A stretch of DNA of 64,000 nt from a virus, in IMG/VR virus record IMGVR_UViG_3300020174_000004, positions 1 to 64,000 of that record. The stretch is one strand, 5' to 3'. Both the position numbers and the translations under genes were made by a program. The notes under the pieces were generated by a model. The model saw only the letters and a program-made list of their open reading frames with translations, had not been told where the DNA came from and ran no database searches. This document shows, piece by piece, positions 49,463 through 58,500 of this stretch; within the stretch, counting starts at the first letter, position 1; every line of letters begins with the position of its first letter.

Positions 49463-50185
49463 ATGGAGAAATATGGTTTCATTTACATATGGTTTGATCG
49501 AAAACACAAGAGATATTATCTAGGTAGACATTGGGGTTATGAGAACGACTGTTATATTTGTTCTTCTACAAACATGAGAAACAATTATAATAACAGACCT
49601 TCAGACTTTAAAAGAAGAGTGATTAAAAGAATATACACAAACATGGATGATTTAGTCATTGAAGAACAAAGATGGCTTGATATGATTACTCCTGTAGAAT
49701 GTAATTCGAAATATTATAATAAATCTTTAAGTTCTTCTACGCCTTCTACTAGAGGTTATAAACATTCTACAGAAACTCGCCAAAAAATTGCAGCTGCCAA
49801 CAAAGGCAAATTTGTATCCGAAGAAACCAAACAAAAACTTCGCAAGGCTAACAAAAAACAATTTGAAGATCAGCAGCAAATTAATCTGAGAAAGAAAAAA
49901 TCTAAGGATTTATGGTCTGATCCTGAATATATTGAAAAACAAAATAAAGCTAGATCAAAGGTAGGATTTTATAAAGGCAACACCAAACCGCATTCGGAAA
50001 AAACTAAACAGCATTTGAGAAATATAAAGTTAGGGGTTCAAGTTCATAATGAAGAATCTAAGAAAAGAATATCAGAATTTTTTTCAAATCTTATTTGGAT
50101 TACCAATGGCAAAGACAATAAAAGAATAAATAGATTAGAATCAATACCAGATGGATACCGTCAAGGTAGAACTCGTAAGACATAA
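49463..50185 (+). mobile_element. Free-standing Seg-like GIY-YIG homing endonuclease with NUMOD3-type repeats
   Basis: YGFIYIW...YYLGRH, YICSS, YYN, HSTETRQKI, SEETKQKL, HSEKTK, WITNG. Confidence 0.85.
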
Positions 50186-50199
50186 CTTAGGATTTTATA

Positions 50200-50706
50200 A
50201 TGTCTGAAACTGAACAAAATGATTATACTAGGCTTTATGTATTGCGTCAAGAGCAAATATTATTTGATCAAATAAGAAAAACCATAGACGCTGAAATTAA
50301 AGCGTCTATGGCAATCAAATCCTCCTCAGAAATTCAAGGCAAATATGATGAGTCTCAGAAACAGGTCGAGACTCAAAATGAAATGATGCAGCAAGCTGCA
50401 AATTCTATTGAAGAACTTACTAATAGAAATAAAAAATTAGAACTTGATAAACAGTCTGAGAGAGATAGATTTGTAGAACTCAATAAAAAATATAATGAGG
50501 CAAATGAAGAGAGAAATAATCTTCGTGCCAGAAATACATCATTACAAAAAGAAGTTGAAAGACTTAATGTTGAAGTGAATGATGTAGCAAAGAATATTAC
50601 TGAGTTAGAGAAAAATCAAAAACCAAAACAAATAAATAATAAAAAGAAAGAAGAGAAGCCTGTAGATACAGTTGCTGAACTTCCTGTAGAAGAAAACACA
50701 TTCTGA
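50200..50706 (+). CDS. Coiled-coil hypothetical protein
   Basis: 168 aa, heptad-rich. Confidence 0.7.
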   Translation: MSETEQNDYTRLYVLRQEQILFDQIRKTIDAEIKASMAIKSSSEIQGKYDESQKQVETQNEMMQQAANSIEELTNRNKKLELDKQSERDRFVELNKKYNEANEERNNLRARNTSLQKEVERLNVEVNDVAKNITELEKNQKPKQINNKKKEEKPVDTVAELPVEENTF

Positions 50707-50738
50707 CCTCGGTATATACCGAATAAGGGGATAGCCAT

Positions 50739-51830
50739 ATGGCAAACACAACGATTCAGCTAAAGCGTTCTTCAGTTGCAGGTAAGCAGCCGAACACATC
50801 AACCATTAGTGTTGGTGAACTTGCTATTAACCTCACGGATAAGAAGTTATATTCTTCTGATGGTTCTAATATTTTTGAACCAGCTGCTAATGTTACAAAT
50901 CTTAATGTAACTGCTAATGCTACCATTTCTGCTATTGTTGCTGATGGTTCACTTGGTATTTCTGGACAAGTTTTAACAACAAATAGTACTGGTATATATT
51001 GGGGGTCTACTGTAACATCAGTAGATTCTGGTGATGGTTTGTCAGGAGGGCCAATAACAGATTCAGGTACAATTTCGGTATTAGCTAATAATGGTATATC
51101 TGCTAATTCAACTGGTGTTTTTGTTGTACAAGGAACAGGTGCAGTTGTAAATGCTACTGGTGTACATGTTAATTCAGTTTATATTGGAACCTTAGCAGCT
51201 AATTCAGCAACATACTTAGGTGGTAATACTGCATCAGATTTAAGGTCATATTCTGATACAATAGCAGGAACGGCGTATTCAAATGCTGTATCCTACGCAG
51301 CAACAATAGCTGGAACTGCTTATAGTAATGCAATATCTTATGCTGCTTCTAATACATATGTAAATTCTACATTTGCACCTAAAGCCGATCCAACATTTAC
51401 TGGTAATGCTACTTTTGATACTTCAACTTTATTTGTTGATGGTACTAATAATAGAGTTGGTATTGGGACGAGTTCGCCTGCATATACACTTGACGTAAAT
51501 GGTAATATAAACGCCGACGGTACTGTTTATGCAACACACTTTGATAACGTATCTGACATTTCACTTAAAGAAAATATCATAACAATATCTTCACCAAAAG
51601 ATATAATTGATAATCTAAATCCCGTATCATTCAATTGGAAAGATACTGGTGAAAAGTCGTTTGGATTTATTGCTCAAGAAGTAGAAAAGATTTTACCTGA
51701 GATTGTTCACACAAAAACAGACAATACTAAAACAGTTTCATATATACAATTGATACCTTTTCTGATTCAGATCATAAAGGAACAGCAACAACAAATTGAT
51801 GATATAAATAATAAGTTAAACAATGCCTAG
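50739..51830 (+). CDS. Tail fibre with Mtd-like N-terminus and peptidase S74 chaperone
   Basis: IQLKRSS..GELAIN; SDISLKENI, GFIAQEVE..LPE. Confidence 0.85.
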   Translation: MANTTIQLKRSSVAGKQPNTSTISVGELAINLTDKKLYSSDGSNIFEPAANVTNLNVTANATISAIVADGSLGISGQVLTTNSTGIYWGSTVTSVDSGDGLSGGPITDSGTISVLANNGISANSTGVFVVQGTGAVVNATGVHVNSVYIGTLAANSATYLGGNTASDLRSYSDTIAGTAYSNAVSYAATIAGTAYSNAISYAASNTYVNSTFAPKADPTFTGNATFDTSTLFVDGTNNRVGIGTSSPAYTLDVNGNINADGTVYATHFDNVSDISLKENIITISSPKDIIDNLNPVSFNWKDTGEKSFGFIAQEVEKILPEIVHTKTDNTKTVSYIQLIPFLIQIIKEQQQQIDDINNKLNNA

Positions 51831-51850
51831 TAATCTAAAGGAGGTCGAAG

Positions 51851-52168
51851 ATGGCAAAGTACCCTGCAACTAAAACACTAAAGAAAGCAACCCCAACTGT
51901 AAGAACTGGCGACAATATCGTTAAGTCTTGGGAAATTGAAGTTATCTATACACACACTCGTGATGATGATACGACATGGTCTCGTGCATATCCTCATACA
52001 GAAGATGTTGAATATCTCAGCAAAGAAACATCTGGTTTCACAAAAGCTGAGTTGATTGGTTTCATGCCTTCAAATATGGATGTTATTTTTGATGCTCATT
52101 ATGAAGCGCATAATACACTACCAACTGAAGAAAAGGTTTCTAACTTCAACTTGAATGACCTCGCTTAA
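51851..52168 (+). CDS. Hypothetical fibre-associated protein
   Basis: 105 aa, strong GGAGG RBS. Confidence 0.7.
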   Translation: MAKYPATKTLKKATPTVRTGDNIVKSWEIEVIYTHTRDDDTTWSRAYPHTEDVEYLSKETSGFTKAELIGFMPSNMDVIFDAHYEAHNTLPTEEKVSNFNLNDLA

Positions 52169-52189
52169 TTATAACAATGGAGTAATATT

Positions 52190-52879
52190 ATGGAAAATGA
52201 AGTAGCTGATGAACAGCAGAAAATGAGAACTGTGCTTCTTGGAGCACCTTCACATGATGGTAAGATTTCAGTCTGGCACGCAGCAGCATTAGCTGAAACG
52301 TGTAAGATTGGTCTTGCTAATGGAATCAATGTCCTTCCACTTTATATGTCATTTGATTCTCTAGTACAGAGAGCAAGAAATGATCTTGTCAAAGCAGCAG
52401 TTGATTCTGAAGTTGATGATCTTGTTTTCATCGATTGTGATCAAGACTGGAACCCAGCAGATTTCTTCAAATTGTTAAGTCATGACGTTGATGTTGTGGC
52501 TGCACCAGTTGTAAAGAAGTCTGATTTTGAACAGTACAATGTTAAGTTAACTCGTGAGTTCAAGGTAGAAGAAAATGGGCTTGTTGAAGTTGATGGTGTT
52601 GGAACTGGATTTATGCGTATTCGTAAAGATGCATTGAAGAAGATTTATGATGCATCTGAAGAATATAAAGAACCACATAAGCCAGAACCAATTCGAATGG
52701 TTTTCAATGTTGAAATTTTAGATGGTGAACTTTGTTCAGAAGATATTGTTTTCTGTCGCAAGTGGACTGAAATGGGTGGTAAAGTTTATATCGATCCAAT
52801 GATTAATTCAGGACATTCTGGTGAAAAGAGATGGGTGGGTAATTTTTATGAATGGATAAAGTTAGTAGCTAAAAGGTAA
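52190..52879 (+). CDS. GT-A fold (GT2-like) glycosyltransferase inside the fibre module
   Basis: SLVQRARN, FIDCDQ (DxD), GTGFMRI, SEDIVFCRKW...H.G. Confidence 0.82.
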   Translation: MENEVADEQQKMRTVLLGAPSHDGKISVWHAAALAETCKIGLANGINVLPLYMSFDSLVQRARNDLVKAAVDSEVDDLVFIDCDQDWNPADFFKLLSHDVDVVAAPVVKKSDFEQYNVKLTREFKVEENGLVEVDGVGTGFMRIRKDALKKIYDASEEYKEPHKPEPIRMVFNVEILDGELCSEDIVFCRKWTEMGGKVYIDPMINSGHSGEKRWVGNFYEWIKLVAKR

Positions 52880-52894
52880 TATTAAGGGGCACCA

Positions 52895-55231
52895 ATGGCA
52901 ATTAAAATTCAAGGCACAGTAGTATTAGACTATGATGGCGCCAGTTACTCAAGTACAAATATTGCCGTTGGTGCTGATGCTCTTTCTTCATTAACAACAG
53001 GCATTAATAATGTTGGTGTTGGATTTCAGTCATTAGTATCCAACACAACAGGTAATTATAATGTTGGTGTTGGATATCAATCATTATATCTCAACACAAT
53101 AGGTTATAGTAATGTTGGTGTTGGATATGCTGCATTATTTTCCAACACAATAGGTACTAGTAATACTGCTCTTGGAACTACTGCATTATACTCCAACACA
53201 ACAGGTACTAATAATGTTGGTGTTGGATATGCTGCATTATTTTCCAACACAATAGGTACTTCCAATACTGGTGTTGGGATGCAATCATTATACTCCAACA
53301 CAACAGGTATTAATAATGTTGGTGTTGGAATCTATGCTCTATACAATAACACAACAGGTACTAATAATACTGGTGTTGGTTATCAAGCATTATACTCCAA
53401 CACAATAGGTAATTATAATACTGGTCTTGGGCATCAGTCATTATACGCCAACACAACCGGTAATTATAATGTTGGTCTTGGGCTTCAGTCATTACGAAAC
53501 AACACAACAGGTTCTAATAATGTTGGTGTTGGTGTGAATGCATTATACAACAACACAACAGGTTATAATAATACTGTTGTTGGATATGCTGCATTATACT
53601 CCAACACAATAGGTAATAATAATACTGCTCTTGGCCATCGAGCATTATATCTCAACACAACAGGTACTAGTAATGTTGGTCTTGGTGTGAATGCATTATA
53701 CAACAACACAACAGGTTATAATAATACTGTTGTTGGTTATACTGCATTACAAAACAACACAACAGGTATTAATAATACTGGTATTGGATATGGATCATTA
53801 CAAACCAACACAATAGGTAATTATAATGTTGGTCTTGGATATCAATCATTATATTCCAACACAATAGGTACTAATAATACTGCTCTCGGTCCATTTTCAT
53901 TATACAACAACACAACAGGTGTTAATAATACTGCTGTTGGATATATTGCATTACGAAACAACACAACAGGTACTAATAATACTGGTGTTGGTATGAATGC
54001 ATTATACAGCAACACAACAGGTATTTATAATACTGGTGTTGGAACGTTCTCATTATATTTTAACACAATAGGTACTAATAATACTGCTCTCGGTCCATTT
54101 TCATTATACTCCAACACAACAGGTACTAATAATACTGCCGTTGGATATGCTGCATTATATTACAATACAATAGGTACTAATAATACTGGTGTTGGTTATC
54201 AAGCATTATTATCCAACACAACAGGTACTAGTAATGTTGGTCTTGGGCGTCAGTCATTATACTCCAACACAACCGGTGCTAATAATACTGGTATTGGCTA
54301 TCAAGCATTATATCTCAACACAACAGGTGTTAGTAATGTTGGTGTTGGATATCAATCATTATATGCCAACACAATAGGTACTAATAATACTGCTCTTGGC
54401 TATCGTGCATTATTTTTCAACACAACAGGCATTGGTAATGTTGGTGTTGGATATCAATCATTATACAACAACACAACAGGTACTAATAATGTTGGTGTTG
54501 GTTATTTTGCATTATACTCCAACACAACAGGTAACCATAACACAGGTGTTGGTTATCAAGCACTTTATGACCAAACTACTGGAGTTTATAACACAGCACT
54601 TGGCTACAATACTGGTCGTGGGATTACGACTGGTTCTTATAACACGATCATTGGCGCACAAGTAACAGGTTTATCCGCTACACTGAACAACACTGTTATC
54701 ATTGCTGATGGTGCTGGTAATCAAAGAATATATGTTGATAGTAGCGGCAACGTCGGAATTGGGACGGCGGCTCCTACGGAAAAACTTGATGTTGTTGGTA
54801 ATGTAACGATCAGCGGATCAATCACCAAAGGCAGCGGATCGTTCAAGATTGACCATCCTCTAAAACCCGACACGCACCACCTCGTCCATTCATTTGTCGA
54901 GGCTCCAACGGCTGACAACATCTATCGCGGTCGCGTTGATCTGGTTGATGGTGTAGCAACGGTTGACATCGATGAGGCTGCACGGCTGTCTGGCGGAACA
55001 TTTGTCGCGCTCAACACAAACACTGATTGCTGGGTCAACAACAAAACTGGCTGGGCTGCTGTTCGTGCGTCAGTCAGCGGATCGATATTGAGCATTGAGG
55101 CTCAGGACAACTCATGCACTGACACTGTGTCGTGGCTGGTGATTGGCGAGCGTCACGATCAAACAATAATCGATGCTACTTGGACAGACGAAGCTGGTCG
55201 CGTAATCACTGAACCTCAGAAGGATCATTAA
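52895..55231 (+). CDS. Fibre/adhesin with long 17-aa beta-roll repeat array
   Basis: About 32 repeats of ALYxNTTGxxNxxVGxx; GNVGIGT; C-terminal FKIDHPL...LVHSFVE domain. Confidence 0.85.
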   Translation: MAIKIQGTVVLDYDGASYSSTNIAVGADALSSLTTGINNVGVGFQSLVSNTTGNYNVGVGYQSLYLNTIGYSNVGVGYAALFSNTIGTSNTALGTTALYSNTTGTNNVGVGYAALFSNTIGTSNTGVGMQSLYSNTTGINNVGVGIYALYNNTTGTNNTGVGYQALYSNTIGNYNTGLGHQSLYANTTGNYNVGLGLQSLRNNTTGSNNVGVGVNALYNNTTGYNNTVVGYAALYSNTIGNNNTALGHRALYLNTTGTSNVGLGVNALYNNTTGYNNTVVGYTALQNNTTGINNTGIGYGSLQTNTIGNYNVGLGYQSLYSNTIGTNNTALGPFSLYNNTTGVNNTAVGYIALRNNTTGTNNTGVGMNALYSNTTGIYNTGVGTFSLYFNTIGTNNTALGPFSLYSNTTGTNNTAVGYAALYYNTIGTNNTGVGYQALLSNTTGTSNVGLGRQSLYSNTTGANNTGIGYQALYLNTTGVSNVGVGYQSLYANTIGTNNTALGYRALFFNTTGIGNVGVGYQSLYNNTTGTNNVGVGYFALYSNTTGNHNTGVGYQALYDQTTGVYNTALGYNTGRGITTGSYNTIIGAQVTGLSATLNNTVIIADGAGNQRIYVDSSGNVGIGTAAPTEKLDVVGNVTISGSITKGSGSFKIDHPLKPDTHHLVHSFVEAPTADNIYRGRVDLVDGVATVDIDEAARLSGGTFVALNTNTDCWVNNKTGWAAVRASVSGSILSIEAQDNSCTDTVSWLVIGERHDQTIIDATWTDEAGRVITEPQKDH
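52960..54650 (+). repeat. 51-bp coding tandem repeat array
   Basis: CAACACAA(C/T)AGGT recurs every 51 bp. Confidence 0.92.
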
Positions 55232-55232
55232 A

Positions 55233-55289
55233 ATGATTACAAACATTTGGGTCATCAAGCAGATGGACTGCTACCCCATATATAAATAA
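55233..55289 (+). pseudogene. Truncated 5' remnant of a foreign fibre-associated gene
   Basis: MITNIWVIKQMDCYPIYK*; GC-richer like the preceding segment and cut off at a TATAAATA box. Confidence 0.5.
55281..55288 (+). promoter_or_regulatory. T4-type late promoter
   Basis: TATAAATA. Confidence 0.7.
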
Positions 55290-55319
55290 ACATGTCTACC
55301 CTTAACAATGGAGTTTAAA

Positions 55320-55517
55320 ATGGAAAAGATACTAAAGTTTGAGTTTACGGTTGAACAGACAAATATCGTACTAGCTGCTCTTGGTCGTATGCCATATGAA
55401 GCAGTAGCACCAATGATTGATGAAGTTCAGAAGCAGGCACAGGCTCAGGTTGGTAATCAGCCACGTGATATGCCAGTTCCTCCCTCTGAAGCAGAAAAGG
55501 CAGAACTGGTTAATTAA
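55320..55517 (+). CDS. Small fibre-associated protein
   Basis: FTVEQTNIVLAALGRMPYEAVAPMIDEVQKQAQ; GGAG RBS favours ATG 55320. Confidence 0.75.
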   Translation: MEKILKFEFTVEQTNIVLAALGRMPYEAVAPMIDEVQKQAQAQVGNQPRDMPVPPSEAEKAELVN

Positions 55518-55548
55518 AACCAATTAAACATCAGGGGAAAGGGAACCG

Positions 55549-58500
55549 ATGGCAGATAAAGATTTTGTAGTCAAAAATGGCCTAGTAGTTAATACCGATT
55601 TAATTGTAGCAAATACAGATTCAAATCGTGTTGGTATTAATACCTCTTCCCCTGATTCTACTTTAACGGTTTCTGGTACAGCAAATGTATCTGGAAATGT
55701 TGTATTTAGTGATAAAGTTTCAGTCGGAAATACAATTTCTGTTGGTAGCAATGCAACAATAAGCGGCCATATAAATGTTGCTTCTACGGCCAATGTTGGC
55801 GGTGCTACTACTCTACGTGGATCATTAACAGTTAATGGTGCTACTATTGTAGCTAATACTTTATCTGCTGGTAATACTTCTTTAGCCAATACTAATATCA
55901 CTGGTTATATTAATACTACTTCTACAGCAAATATAGGTGGAGCTACTACTTTACGTGGATCATTAACAGTTAATGGTGCTACTATTGTAGCTAATACTAT
56001 TTCTACAGGCAATAACACAATAACTGGATTTATTAATGTATCTTCTACAGCTAATGTAGGTGGTGCTACTACTTTAAGAAGTACATTAGATGTAACTGGT
56101 GCTACTACTTTAAATAATACTTTATCTGCTGGTAATACTTCTTTAGCTAATACTAATATCACCGGCTATATTAATACAACCTCAACTGCCAACGTTGGAG
56201 GAGCTACTACTTTAAGAAGTACATTAGATGTAACTGGTGCTACTACTTTAAATAATACTTTATCTGCTGGTAATACTTCTTTAGCTAATACTAATATTAC
56301 AGGATTTATCAATGCATCATCAACTGCCAACATTGGTGGGGCTACTACTTTAAGAAGTACATTAGATGTAACTGGTGCTACTACTTTAAATAATACACTG
56401 GCCGTAGGAAATACTAGTGTAACCGGGTTTATAACAGCAACAACAAATTCTACTTTTTCCGGCGATACAACAACAGTAAAAGGAATCAGATTTTCTACTG
56501 ATTCATCTTATACAGTAGGCAATACATCTCATAGACCATTAAAAATTTGGTCTGATGACATTGAAACTGAAAATATAACAATAACAGGATTTATTACAGG
56601 AACAATTGCGCCTGCTAGTAGTATTATTCCAACAACAAATTTGTCAGCAGATCTTGGTAGTTCAGAAAAATGGTTTGATGAATTATTTGTTGGTTCTATC
56701 ACAACAAACACATTTACTGTTTCTGATGGTGGTGATGGTGTTTCAATAACATCAAACACTCAGTCATTTAAATCTAATTCTTCAATTACTGCAATTAGTA
56801 TTAGAGCAAATACTACCAGTTCAAATACAACTCTTTCCGGTAATTTAGTTACTATTACTTCTAATACAAATGTTTCTGTTGCTAATCTTACAGTAACAAA
56901 TGGAACATTTATATCAACAAATGGTTCAGTAACTACTACAGTCAATAATTCTACTATTCAAATCGGTGGTGGTGCAACTGTAAATTCAACAATTTTTACT
57001 GGGGCATCAAATAATTCTACATATCTCAATGGCCAGTTAGCTTCTTATTACACAAATGCAACTAATTTATCTACTGGAACTGTTGCATCTGCTAGAATTG
57101 CTGGTTCATATACAGGTATAACAGGTGTTGGCACTATATCAACTGGTACTTGGCAAGGAAGCCAAATATCTACAACATATACACAAGCTAAAATCACGTC
57201 AATATCTGGTGGTAATGGTTTAACAGGAACAGTTACAACATCAGGATCCATTTCTGTATTAGCTAATACTGGTATTGTAGCTAATGGCACTGGCACTTAT
57301 GTAAATACTGCTTATATTGCAACCATAAATGCCAATAATGCAACATATTTTAATGGACAAGCTGCTTCTTATTATACAGGATATTCAGATACAAAAGCAG
57401 AAGCCGCTTATTCTAATGCTGTATCCTATGCTGGAACAATAGCAGGTACTGCTTATTCTAATGCAATTAGCTATGCTGGAACAATAGCAGGTACTGCTTA
57501 TTCTAATGCTGTATCCTATGCTGGAACAATAGCAGGTACTGCTTATTCTAATGCTACTACATTTTCCGCAAATGCATCAAATCTTGGAAATGGTACAGTA
57601 CCTAGTGGAAGAATCAATGGTTCATACACAGGCATAACTGGTGTTGGTACTATATCAACTGGCACTTGGCAAGGAAGCCAAATTTCTACAACATATACAC
57701 AAGCTAAAGTTACATCAGTTTCTGGTGGCAATGGTTTAACAGGAACAGTTACAACATCAGGATCCATTTCTGTATTAGCTAATACTGGTATTGTAGCTAA
57801 TGGCACTGGATTATATGTTAATTCGAGTTATATTGGAACTCTAAGTTCTAACAATGCAACATATTTTAATGGGCAAGCTGCTTCTTATTATACAGGATAT
57901 TCAGATACAAAAGCAGCAACAGCTTACTCTAATGCTATTTCTTATGCTACTAATGCAAGCAACATATCTTCGGGCACTCTAAATGCTGCTAGACTACCGT
58001 ACACAATCAATCAAAATTTAGGAACATCAAACGCTCCAACATTTGATGGCTTATATTTAACTGGTGGCTTAAGTTTAACTGGAGATATCACAACTTATCG
58101 TTCTGATGCTGTCACAACAGGTGTTATATTTTTAGGAAATTCGGGATCAAACTATCTTTATTATAATGGTTCATATTACGACATGCCAGGAGCCGAATTA
58201 TACGTAAATGGATATCAAGTAGTTAAAAATACAGGAACATGGGGTATTAGTGTCACTGGCAATGCAGCAACAGCCACTAAATGGGCAACTGCTCGTACAC
58301 TCAGCCTAACAGGTGCAGTTACAGGTAGCGCAAGTGTTGATGGTTCTGGTAATATATCACTAGCAACAATTGCAACATCAGATCCGACATTAACATTGTC
58401 CGGTGATGCTAGTGGTTCAGCAACATTTACTAACTTAGGTAATGCTACACTATCAGTAACAGTAGCCGATGATAGTCATACTCATGATGGCAGATACTAT

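Noticed and set aside
52960-54650. Regular repeat array as a CRISPR array
   Set aside because: Period is 51 bp, in frame within one ORF, with degenerate units, no unique spacers and no cas genes
552-57806. Many short alternative-frame and antisense ORFs in the track (e.g. 552-917, 1612-1962, 7341-7802, 15097-15609, 21233-21586, 55524-55901)
   Set aside because: They lie within well-supported genes and reflect codon bias or repeats
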